From the NCBI GenBank assembly GCA_910592345.1, contig CAJVPI010000304.1, positions 1-36,091 of the forward strand: DNA of 36,091 nucleotides, written 5' to 3'. The translations under genes and the position numbers were made by a program. This document shows positions 12,619 through 26,300 of the stretch, one piece after another (within the stretch, counting starts at the first letter, position 1; each line of letters opens with the position of its first letter). The DNA comes from Paraglomus brasilianum. Taxonomy: Eukaryota. Under the pieces are notes generated by a model. It was not told where the DNA came from. It did not search any database and saw nothing but the letters and a program-made list of their open reading frames with translations.

Positions 12619-13375
12619 CGTTAGAACAAAGAGAGTTTACAACAGAAAGTGATAGCGCTGTCCCTGAGAAAATTGAACAGCAAGAAGAAGAAGACGTAAA
12701 AGTAGACCCATAAGACATTTTTGAGAATAAAACTTGGAAGAAAAAGTCACTGAAATTGGAATTCAGTGATAAGTTGTCGCTAGAACCAAAAACTGGCTTA
12801 GCGATGCGGATGATTGGCGTTGTAAAAATGTCTAGGACAGTGAGAATGCTGATGTCATAATAAGACCAATTCTAATTAGAATGAAATATTTATGCATAAT
12901 GTGTTAAATTGTGGCTTGTTGCCTGCGAATAAATTATCTTTTACATTATCAATCTCGTTGCTTCTTTTTGTTCCAGATCATACAATGTTTACCCATCGCT
13001 TATCCATTCTATATGCAGAGCTGTGGGGCGCATTGTAAATGAAATGCATGTGATTCAAAACGAAAAAAGATAACATTGTGCTGTATGCGGTTACGTGTAC
13101 TTGCACAGATGTAATAAACTAATACAAGTTTGTCTAACCGTTTGCTCTCGCAGAAAGCCTGGGTCCAAAGCATTGTATGTTTGGGTGACATTCTCGTATG
13201 TGGGCAGTTCCCCCAAAAATCAGCAATTTTCACACGCTCAAATAGATTAGATCCCGCCCGAACTCGTTCTGGCGTAATTCATGGTTCCACATGTATCTAT
13301 GAACTGCCGTATTGGCAGCAAAATTAACATACATTGCGCGCAATATTAGAATTAAATCTAGTTAATTATTGTGGA

Positions 13376-13456
13376 AAATCCGGCTGAAGCTGAAACCATG
13401 GTTAATCAGATTCTATTCTCTAACCCCATTGATTAGTTTCAGCTTCGGCCGGATTT
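13376..13456. repeat. Inverted repeat (21-bp arms, 39-nt spacer); possible MITE remnant or hairpin
   Basis: AAATCCGGCTGAAGCTGAAAC (13376-13396) versus GTTTCAGCTTCGGCCGGATTT (13436-13456): 20 of 21 positions complementary. Confidence 0.75.
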
Positions 13457-13696
13457 CAGCATAAGCCGCGACAATTATGTTTATATGATTAAAAGTACTT
13501 ATACTAGGCAACAAAACCTGATCACGTAATTCAAATTGCTGATGTGACTGAGAAAACACTCAACTAGCTTTACTTGAGTGGCTAATTTTAGTGGCATTTT
13601 TAAATTACAAATGTGACTTACCTGTTATATTCAAATTAATTAACGTTAAGTTGACAACAAGTTAATATAGTATTATCGATAACATCTTCAGGACAG

Positions 13697-13833
13697 CGTT
13701 GTATCTCAGTTGGGGACCTGTCTCAGTTCTGGACTGAGACAACTGGATGTCTGGGTTCTGGACTGGGACAACTGAGTTCTGGACTGAGTGACTGGGTTCC
13801 GAACTGAGACAGGTCCCCAACTGAGGTACAACA
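13697..13833. mobile_element. MITE-like non-autonomous element, copy 1 (about 137 bp, 32-bp TIRs)
   Basis: 13698-13729 GTTGTATCTCAGTTGGGGACCTGTCTCAGTTC matches the reverse complement of 13801-13832 at 31/32. Three internal GTTCTGGACTG(A/G)G units. Related copies at 27891-27977 and 15681-15708. Confidence 0.85.
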
Positions 13834-14053
13834 TACCACGGCAATACAAGCGGGAAAGTTCCGGTTAAAATCGACGAGGCAGAAACTATCGGCGTTCTCA
13901 AAAAGGCCATCTGGGAAGAGAAACAGAACGTTTTCCAAGGTCTCGATGCTGCAGATCTGGAAGGTCCAAATTCGCGCCAGCCCTACACTGGATGGCGTGA
14001 AGTTGAGGATCAATTTTACAATACTCCCAACCATATAATAGTGAGGGCTCCAG
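13834..14053 (+). pseudogene. Crinkler (CRN) effector N-terminal ubiquitin-like domain remnant lacking its start
   Basis: Frame from 13834: YHGNTSGKVPVKIDEAETIGVLKKAIWEEKQNVFQGLDAADL...WREVEDQFYNTPNHIIVRAP. WKVQI (fungal LWKV motif) lies in a shifted frame at 13958. HIIVxxP corresponds to the CRN HVLVxxP boundary motif and is followed by a donor CAG|GTAATC at 14054. No ATG; the 5' end abuts the MITE-like element. Confidence 0.8.
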
Positions 14054-15680
14054 GTAATCAATTCCTAGCGTATCTAATTTATTTGTTGCTCTGTCATTCC
14101 ACCAATTCTCTTCTTTTTTTTCCATTGCGTTCATTCTTTGCTCTTGATCTTTATTTCCGACTTCCGATTAATATAAATTTTACCTGCTTCCGTTTTTCTT
14201 GCAAGTGAACCGGTCAGTATTGTTGGATAACGAAAACCGGGTTGTGCATGAGCCACAGCTAAACTCACCAAAAATTTATCGGCTAAATTAGTTTATTTTC
14301 CAGTCATTTTTAGATTACGCAGGTAAATGTTCACTTTGGTTATGCCCATATGAGGAGACCGTTTATTTCACCTACAGCTGATATGATGTTGGCCAAAATT
14401 GTCGGCTAGATATCGCGCTAAGGCTTAAACCAGTATCTACCCAATTATCATACACAAACGCCTTAATGTTATAGTAGGCATTGATTAGCAGATTTAGCGT
14501 AAGTAGTTACGATCGCCATTGCTTTGCTTCCCACGCTGTCGCCATGTGAGATATCTGTTGTGTAATTATAAACATCACATGGGACACAGCAAAGCACTTG
14601 TAAATGATTTAACGTCCTTACGGTTATTGTATCCGTAAACAAAGATTCTCAGACCACAAGAATTTGGCAATATCGATTAACGATAAGCGCATAATTATTC
14701 TTAAACTTGTACGAAAAAGTGATTGGTAATACTAAAGCATTTAAGCAGAAGAACTGCCTTATCTTGTGTTCATCATAGCATTTATCTTATTATGGAAATG
14801 ATCTCGCAAGGTGTATTGATATTTTCTCACATTTAATACAAGACGTATAAAACAAAACGTACCCTCGAAACCGAGGCGCTAAGTTAAGTTCAAGCTGGTG
14901 AGGAGCAGTTATTCGCACCGAATTCCATCCAACAAACAGCTCGACTTTTAGGCGATTTTTACTCGTCACTAATATACTTCTCATTTTTACGGGATAACTA
15001 TCAATTTAAATTTTAACTAATTTTGGTAAGAATCGGTATGCACAGTGATGACACCTATCTGTTATATCTATATGTGTGGCTTTGCGTGAGACTTTATTTC
15101 CAGGCTAGTTATTATAGTCAATAATTTTCCCGACACTTTTATGGTCGTACGGCATATTCTCCAAATCACCGTCGATTATAACTAACACGAATGGACTAGT
15201 GTATTATATAAAGTGGTCTGGATCATTGACTATAACTTGGAACAGATTGTTTGTCTTAAATTACTAACATGGGTTTATTATAAAGTAACAAGTGGACACG
15301 TCTAGTGGTACTAGCTTTAGTATTAAATCAACTGGGTAATAGGTCTTAAAGCGTGGTCTTGTAATACTGTATGTATGTATCTTCTTACTACGGAGTATCA
15401 ATGAAAAAGGTCAAATGATAAAGTTCTAAATTATAAAAAAAAAAGGTCAAATGATGATTCGAGTTTATTCAATTACAGCATTTTAGATCACGTTTTTCGT
15501 TTTGATGTTGTATTAATATTAACATGCTTAATATACAAAAAAGATAATTTTTTGTTTACTCTAAATGTCCGTGCTTTCATTCCCCACTAGCATATATATA
15601 ATTTCAGTATTCAATTAAATGATCCCTTTATATTTAGTACTATAAGCAAAAGAAAAGTTTTTAGCTGAGCCGAAGCAAGA

Positions 15681-15708
15681 GAGACAGGTCCCAAACTCAG
15701 ACACAACA
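15681..15708. mobile_element. Isolated right end of the same MITE-like family
   Basis: GAGACAGGTCCCAAACTCAGACACAACA, 26/28 identical to the right end of the copy ending at 27977. Confidence 0.7.
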
Positions 15709-18700
15709 TTACTATTAAGCATGTCTTGTATAACAAACTTTTTTCACTCATGACCTGCCTCCAAAGACATATTACTAGTCTCGATTCTATATTCAAGTAG
15801 AACCATTAGATTCGCAGTTCAAACTTAAAATTTTACTATTTTTCCTACTTGTAATTCTAGGCGTTTGTTATGGATTAATTTACAGTTGATGCTGTCTGTC
15901 TACAGTGATCTGAGGCTTTTAGTTCACTATAGCCAAAGTTATGTGACATGAACGTACAACGGATAGTAGTGAATTATTACATTTATCGATTCCCAATTAC
16001 CATTCGATCATTTTATCCTCAAAATGACTTGTTTAAAATTTTGTTAAATGGCTAGTCTGCGTACTTCTCTCGAAATCTTTACTTCTTTGATAACTTTGGC
16101 AAATTACCGATAGATAGATATACTGACTATTAAATTCCAACTTTTCTATCGGTTTAGCTTCATTTTTGCTACTCATCTCCCCCGCCCGATTTACCAATTC
16201 TGTTACATCCTGATCTTCTCGTTCACCTGAATAATTTACCTGAATGGTTTGTATACGTGTACACTAAATTTGGCTAATGGCCTGATTTCTTTTTGGCCAA
16301 GGCATTTTTTCGTTGAATTACGTGTTGACGTGACAGAATTTCGATTGGGCTTAAGAGCAATGAGTTCACAGACGACATTATTGCTATAGACAGATTCATT
16401 AATAAAGTTCACTATAAGCAGATTTATTATGTTATAGAAAATTCGGTTCTTGAGAGTTTCGTATGGCCAGGTTCACTATAGTCAGCGTCAACTTATACAT
16501 AGTAAAATCACTCTCACTTGACTTACAACGAAGTATTTTTCTGGAACCGGTTTGCTGTTAACAAGATAAACAAAGATTTATATGTAAAGTGCTATATAAC
16601 AAAGTTTTCATAAAACCATGCATTATAAACCCGTTTACTAGGGCGAATTTATTTGTATAACGAAGTTCGTTATACAATTAACTAATCAGAATTATCGATC
16701 TTAATCTTTCAATCTACTAAAGCTTCCACATTGTTGTGTCTCCTTTCAGTTTCTTTCAATAAAGACTGTAAGAGCATTTCTATTATAAGCTTGCCCTCTA
16801 TTAGTGTCGCCGTCAAATAATATCGAAGATGCTGGAATTAACTTCAAAAAAACGTTCTCACACGAAACATCCATGTTAAAAAAACCAACGACAACGGCTT
16901 GTTAAATTTTTTTGTTGAGCAGATTGCTCAACAAAATTACGGTTGAGATAAGTATTAACGGCAACTAGATGATAATCTTATTATTTGCAAATACACGTAG
17001 TTTAATCGGAAAATTAAAAATAGTAAACCCCCAAAACAAAACAAAACTGACAGAACCTTCTTCATGGAAATTTAAATTTTGAGGCTTTTCAAAGATTTAG
17101 AGTAGCCATAATGTCAACAACTTTCTTTCTTTTAATTAAAGAAACTCGCTCTCATGTGTAGGGAACTTAAAAATACAAATTTGTCATTTACATGAAAAAA
17201 TAGCGAAAGTTCAAGAAACCTTTGCTTATTTTTCCGATAAATGCAAAATTTACTGGCAAAAGCGAAACACAGCAAGGAAATGTGTTGAACAAAACAAGTA
17301 GTCATGGCGTTGAAATGTAAGGCACACACATTATTCGTTTGATTGTCAATAATAATGCGTATGTGATAGACAATTAACCAATCAATTTAGTTCTTAAAAG
17401 ATTATTGTTAAATTCGTAAATTTCATGTACAGTATGTCCTTAATAACAAGTACAAACTATATACTAAAATTAGAGGAGCAAAGGACATTGGACAAAAACA
17501 AGTTTGCAGAAAGATGTGGGAAAAGTTGTGAATATCAATATTACAGCATAACACAAAAGCAAATATCTGGTTTATCGTTTAAGACTTGTTGCTATCGAAC
17601 AATCCAGAACGTAAAATTACATTTCGTTAAAATTTAAGTTTTGCTTACAAAGATGACATATTAATATTAATATATTCATCAAAGTTAACGTACGCCTTTC
17701 GCTGAGACAATGACGTCAATACACAAGATTTAAAAGGTTTTTTCCAGTAGGCGTATAATTCGTTAAGATGACGTCTAGTTGTAACTTTAATAGTATTGTG
17801 TTACAATCCTCCCAACCCCTGCGTGCAAACAAGTTGGAGATTCGTTTCAAGATTCGATTACACTGCAATCCCTGCAATCCCAATTCTATGAGCGACGTTA
17901 GAATGTGCATAATCAACTCGATTGCATGATATGTATCTTTATCAGCGAGCAATCAGCACAATTTGTTTCCTAATGCAATGGTCGTTACAGTATCTTCATC
18001 TACACCCTTAAACAAATAAATCGCATATAATATTAACCCTATTCCATAAGTATCGATAAGCTCGACCTGCAAGTCGAACTTTACAAGAAGAACAACGTTT
18101 ACTCAATGGACGAATGGTATTTGTTTATCTATTGAGGAATCGCGGGTTTAATATGCGGATACAAACAAACACCCGTTTACTACTTTCAGAATTTAAGTTT
18201 GAACCTCGGACTAACAATAATCCGGACTTTCACATGGGTATGACCATTCGTTCTTGTTTGGTTGGCGTGCCTTTCATGAAACGACACCGTTCTCCTGGTC
18301 TCTAAAGACGGGCAAAATCGCAGTAGTAAAAACAATAAGATTTTGTGTCTATCGGTGCAAAAATGCAGGGTTGCAATAGTACGATATGGAACAATTATGC
18401 AGCTATGTTTTCCATCCATCAAATGTAACCGTTGATCCAAATCCCTCAACAAACGACGTATCGAGATCTCATTCCAGCGATTATCGCAAAATTTAATATA
18501 TCGTTCAGTATTGTCAGGAGGCATGGTTCCCGATAATCATAATATAAACTTTTGCATTTTGTATCCAAATGACGGTTGGGCCTTAGCGTCTGTGGATTGA
18601 CAGGTCAGAGCACTTTTTAATACAAACAGTGGATATGTTTGTAATACGTACTTTTGGTTTACTTGAAAATTATCAATCTATGATTGCTTTAAGTTTGTGC

Positions 18701-19976
18701 TCATGTTTGCCCCGAAAACAGTGTGCGCCGCTTTGTGAAAACACGCCAGCGATTGGAATCGATAATCCGAACCAATAGACGTACTCAAGCATATCTTAAC
18801 AATGGTAACAATTGTCTGATAAACAAAATATCCGTCACGTTTATATTTTGGGGGGCTAAACTATTGGCTGCTGCATAATGCGTCAAATGCGATATTCTTT
18901 ATCTGCTAGTAGTATTAAATCTATCTTCTTGACAATCAGGATATGTGTTCAAACCGATATGGATAAGATAACAATGTGTAACAGCGTACAAACAATTGAC
19001 TTTACTATTATTATTATTATTATTAAGTTTCTAAAAGTAACTGCAATCTCAAGTCAATTTGCTGGTTTCTATTCAATGGCTCTATTACTATGGCTGCATG
19101 CTTTCAAAAATTTTACAAATGTAACAAAGAAAATTATCAAGTCTCACTCCAACTTGGGTGTTTTTGGTTACAGTTTTTTTCAAATGGGTTAGCAAACTGT
19201 TCAATTTTTTTTTAAAAGATCTAGTAGTTAGTTTCAAAATCCACTTTAGAGATATTCAGCTGCAACATCTTGTGTTACCAAGACAAACACTTAAATAATG
19301 AACAATTTCTTTTTTGTTACTAGCACATATTTTTTTACTCATCAATTGACTAATGTGTCATAAAAAATTTTTTGAGCACTTGAGTGTCAGAGAACATGGT
19401 ATATAATTTCTATATACATGACATCTATATCTATATATTTCGTACAAAACGTTGGGGAGTTTTGAACGAATGAAAGAAACTATGAAGCATATTGTATGAC
19501 TATATATGGTTGATGTTAAATATTGGAGGTATATCTTACATGAAAGTGTGTATGTATGTTTTATCGGCGTAATATTAAAAGGGGGAAAGGAAAATTTTTT
19601 GCTTGAAAAAAAATCTTATGGCGAATAAAAAAGGGGGTAATTCCCTTTTGGTTTGCTTAGTTTGATAAATGTGCATGGTGAGGAGATAAATTGCAGGGAG
19701 TGTTAGATCGTTGCATGCAAGAAAAGTGGTTAGAATATTAGTGGTTTCCTTTTCCCCCCTCCGGGCCTGGCCTTTCTAATCTAGTCACGAGTTAAAAACG
19801 GTATGAGAACAATTACAATTTTGCTAAGGGGATAAAGGAAAAAAAGCGAGGAGTCCGATGAAAGAAAAAAAACGACAGATTAATAAAGAAAATGATGAAT
19901 AGTGAAGGGGATATAAAAAAAATAGGGGAATGTATACTACGAATTATCCGTGCAGACCAAATGTAGTTTTTCTATG

Positions 19977-21586
<1,610 letters not shown>

Positions 21587-21743
21587 TTTACTACCAGAAA
21601 TTCACCAGGAGCGTTGAGCTCTTTTTTATTCTTCAGTGATAGTTGGACGTTTAACTGACAACAAAAAGTTTACTAGTAACTATTCAGCTTGTCAGCAATA
21701 AGCGAGCGTCTGGCAATGAAGTGGAATTAGAGTTCTCTGGGAC

Positions 21744-21753
21744 GTTTATATAG
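21744..21753 (-). promoter_or_regulatory. Candidate TATA box of the C2H2 gene
   Basis: CTATATAAAC on the minus strand upstream of the putative non-coding first exon. The AT-rich background makes this weak. Confidence 0.3.
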
Positions 21754-22294
21754 ATGCCATGAAAAATGCCTATTTATATATATATAACGAGATATATAAT
21801 TGGAATTTGTAATGAGAAATTATGAAAATACAAATATTCGGTATAAAAGCATTTCCTTTTTGTCATTGTTATATATTAACCCACTGTATTACTGGTTATA
21901 AATTTTTGATGTATATCCCTATTATATAATAAATATACTATTTTATAATGGGGACTGATGAACGGGACCGAAACATTATCCGTATTGAGTCGATAAGAAT
22001 TGTTGAATCCCCAAATGAACTACACCCTAATCGCACTCCAATGTCACTCACGCTTATGGCTGATTTTGTCTTTTCTTTCAATCACAAGTCAGTGGCATAT
22101 CCTATCATACGAGTCACATCTATTTGACGACAATTGTCTTTTTGATCAATTAGTTAGTATTCCAAGTCGGTTTTTGTTTCTTACCCCCCTTAACAGTAGT
22201 GCCCCTAAATTGAGGTGGAGTCATACAGCCCTTGTAATACGTAAACGATTATTCGCTTATACGGCATCTATCGCCATCATTATCGCCATCAATG

Positions 22295-22355
22295 ATCATC
22301 ATTCTCATCATCCCCACCATCATCATTATCATCATCATTATCATCATCATCATCA
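22295..22355 (+). repeat. Imperfect (CAT)n microsatellite
   Basis: atcatcattctcatcatccccaccatcatcattatcatcatcattatcatcatcatcatc. It explains the poly-His and poly-Ile ORFs in the track. Confidence 0.9.
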
Positions 22356-23239
22356 ATATCGACGTTATGATACGTATTGTAAATCAGTCTCGCATAATAC
22401 ATTACAGACATTGGAACCATTCCTTTTCTTTACCTTATAACGATCACTCCCTTTCCTGCACAAAGAGTATCAACTCTGTGATGCGCACGTTATATGATGT
22501 AGTGTTACACGCACAAGTTTCATGCGGGGGGGGGGCAGAAACGGCAGCCCAAATGAAGAGGAAGATCGTATTAGAACCAATGTGCTGTTTTATTAAAATT
22601 TAAATAAGCGAAGTAGTACATATAAGCATATGGACATTTCATCATAGCCATTAAATGTTGTTAGCTTGATACTTCTAATTTTACTTACAGAGTACCTGGA
22701 GTTTGTATATGGATTTCGTAATTAAACATGTATAAACAAATAAATAACTCTAAACAAAAAAAAAAAAAAAACTATAACTTTAACTTTCCATCATAATAGA
22801 CTGTTTATTTAATCATATACTATTTTGCAATTCATATATAATCTATGCATTGTTTCTTGCTCGTTAATCTTTTAAAAACACTTGAATTGAGACAACATGA
22901 TGTCCTACATGTCGACGTGAATGTAAAACGGGTTAATAAGAAACCTCCTTCTTTTCTTTACAATATACAAACTTTTTCGGGATGTATTTTTGTTGAAACA
23001 AGTAAAAAAAAACGTGGGTGGTGAAAAGTAAACTCCAATTACGATAATGGATAAAAAGCGTATGGCTCTATAAATGAATAATAAATTATGTAATGGCAAT
23101 ATACAGGATTGCATGCAAAATCAAATTATTTTTATCCAATGCATTCTTTCTTGATTTCTAAATGCAGGGTTATGCAATTTATATGCCACGTGATATCAAT
23201 TCCCACTATTCGTCAATGACATTGAGGGGAATGCATAGC

Positions 23240-23312
23240 TGTATGTATATGTAATGTATGAACGCATATGTATGCCGGATGTATATGTATGTGTGCGTGT
23301 GTGTATGTACAT
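23240..23312 (+). repeat. Low-complexity TG/TA-rich simple repeat
   Basis: tgtatgtatatgtaatgtatg...gtatatgtatgtgtgcgtgtgtgtatgtac. Confidence 0.7.
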
Positions 23313-26300
23313 ATCGTAAGAAATTACAATGATTATTTGTGAGTAATATGTTGAACAATGATAAATTCTCAGATGGGATGTGGTAAACTCGTTAACAACG
23401 AAAGTGTATCACAAAGAACTCATGGTATATGTGTGATGTCATTGTGTGGTGTTATAACGAATCTGGCAGATTATGTAATATTCGAAATATGATGTGCGCA
23501 CATCCCCCCGTGTCCCATATTACTAGACCAACATCAATAGCGAATTGGGAGTGTTTGACTGTGATGATATGCTGAATTGTCAATTGCTGTTTTTGTATGT
23601 AAGCCGAGCAATGATTTTACATAATTTCTCTTATAGTCAAATTGCTATATAAAAAATGTCAAACTACACGACCGATGCGGTTCGTGTCGGACATGGTCTA
23701 TAAAAGTTAGTTGTTTTTGTAACATTAGACAGAATTCGGCGTAATTAGGCTTATTCAACTAATGCATATATGCATGTTGATACAATCAATAAGTGCAAGT
23801 AGATTTCCATTGTTATAATATAATCCATCAAGTCACTATATAAACAGCATTAAATCATAAAGAACCGTTCAATTAACGCGCGTAAAATGCTTCTTCTCTT
23901 TGTATCAATCCCATCGGGGTGTCTATTATACTCGTTGTTGGTAAGTAGTAAATAGCCTATTTGATTTATGACACAATGAGGTCAGGAATATCATGTAAAT
24001 ATTTCTGACGAATCGGTCTTTTGACTATAATGTAAGAGCAAATAAAATTATAAGTGCCAAATATAGACATGTGCATCACATACATAATAGTGTTATAGTA
24101 TACAGAGCATAATTTATCATTTATTTTTTTACCATGTTAATACATGCTCATCTTGTCATTAACCTCTTTCATTTCTATTCTCCGTATTTGTGTTTGTGAG
24201 ATGCATCACTATTTGTAAATTGCTATAAGATTATCCGGACAACGTGGCATTTATATACATAGCTTAAGTGTACATGCGTGTTGCGTACAATTCAATGAGT
24301 AACATGCTATGTGCTCCTTACCAGGGTCGTTTGAGCACTAGTTACAAATTAAGCATATCCGAAGACCTATATACGGATGATACCGATATTGACTTATAAG
24401 GGTGGGGAATAATGTCGAATAAGATTAATATGAGATAAAACGACGGATTGTTGTTGCATCTTATTATGAATGATTCTATTTTCGTATCATTGATCAGATG
24501 TTATTGTGTGTGTACATCATGATTGATTGAATGATTTCGTCGATTGCCCTCGATTTTACATGTCTCACATAAACTAAAAGAATACCAACTTGCTGGGACA
24601 TAATTACTCCCCTTTACTAATCGCCAATTTTCATTCGTAGCCCATTTGTCATTCACCTATCACCATTCCTGTTCTTTGTACATCGGCTCAAGATCCGTAT
24701 AAGCTGATGAAGCACAGCATGTTCTAAGGTAATCGACGCTGGTTGTAATTGGCAAGGACAGGGGGCGTAACCCATGCTGTAACACTTTGAAATTAGATGT
24801 GTAACTCTAATTAAGGATGAATAATCCTTTTCGGGCAGACTTTATCGCTACTCGCTAGGGAAAAAAAAGCATGCCAGGAAGTTGGGGATTAACTCTCGTC
24901 TGTCCATTGACGCAAACATGTATGTATTATGCGCTATAAATAAATTTTCTCTTCTCAATTCCTAAATTTATTTCTCTCGATGAAACAATTTTTTGAATGG
25001 GGTGTGCAGATTCGTCAGGTATGTAAGCCAATGCTTATCCTCACGAAATCAGGAAACTGAGACATAATGCCCAATTTGGTAATGGGGGCTTTTCTTATTG
25101 GTCACTAGAATTAACAGTAAAAAGTGGGGGTTGGGGACGTGTGCTAGGGTGAGGGACCAACGGGTTTGCACACTGTGATGAATGGATGATGCATCGTCAA
25201 GCTATGTTTTTCCATCCGCACCTAATGTTACTTCTATAAGCTAATCGATTATTAACATTTCATTTCCGTCTGCTTGCTCAACATGACACAAATTATCATC
25301 TGAGGCTTAGTCATCGATTTGACATAAGGATATCACGATGCTGGTTTTACCAATTGGATTAACAAACCACCAGAATTTTCCGACCTGGTTACATCCGATC
25401 AATCAGGTGATTATCGTCTATTCGATAAATGCGGGTTCGATCTGAATTGAATTCAATGTAGTGCCACGCCGTCAACCACTCGCATTTACCTCACGATTCT
25501 TTTTACCTATGAACAAGGGGTAATTACGTCATGTGCTTGATTAAAAAGTGCATCAGGCTAGTCCAACAGTATACTGCTTACGTTTTTCGTGAGGATATGG
25601 ATGCCACCAATTATCAAATCCGTCATCCTCAGTTTTATTAATGAGGAAAGTAAATGTGTAAAAATGGCAATAGATTAAAATACTTGACAGGCTGACAGCT
25701 CCAACAAAGACACGAGGAGATAGATTTGGTAGACAGACCTGATGCATGTCAAAAACAAAACGTGTAAATATCATTGCCGGGAGGAGGGGAAAGGGGAAAT
25801 ACCAAATGTCAATTGAATGATACATCAAACACAGTGTACATGATTAAATCGATCCTTTCAAAACTTGCTTTCCTGCGCATGAGCCAACGAAAAAACGAGT
25901 CCATGCAGGGGACAATATGAAATGTCCTTGGTAACAGCTTATGTCATCAAACAAAGCAGCACACGTTGTTTGCGAACAGTCCGAGCGGGCTGATTTGTGT
26001 GTTGTGAGTAAAAAACGGTAAGAAGAATTTCATTCGATAAGCAACGTTTTTGCACATCAATCAACCTATTTTTGGCTATGAATTTTGAACGGGTAAATTG
26101 CGTTGACAGAAAAGACGACGGGTAAGTCTTGCTATCGATCATCAACCAGCATGTCAATATGTTATAGAATGGCCTTTACAAATATCAAGTTATCGGTGCG
26201 GCTTTACGCCCACCATGTTTTTCTCTCTCTATAATTCTTCATATATTATGACTGTTAATATTATGTCATATTGTTTGTTGTTTATTATTTTCTATAAATA

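Noticed and set aside
13662..14134. Three overlapping minus-strand ORFs
   Set aside because: They are antisense shadows of the MITE-like repeat and the plus-strand Crinkler remnant.
16653..16677. Palindrome superficially like a loxP or recombinase site
   Set aside because: It has only a 1-nt centre rather than an 8-bp spacer and no recombinase is nearby; better explained as a TE-derived palindrome.
22000..22603. ORFs with poly-His and poly-Ile tracts
   Set aside because: Both are translations of a (CAT)n microsatellite; there is no domain or splice-supported structure.
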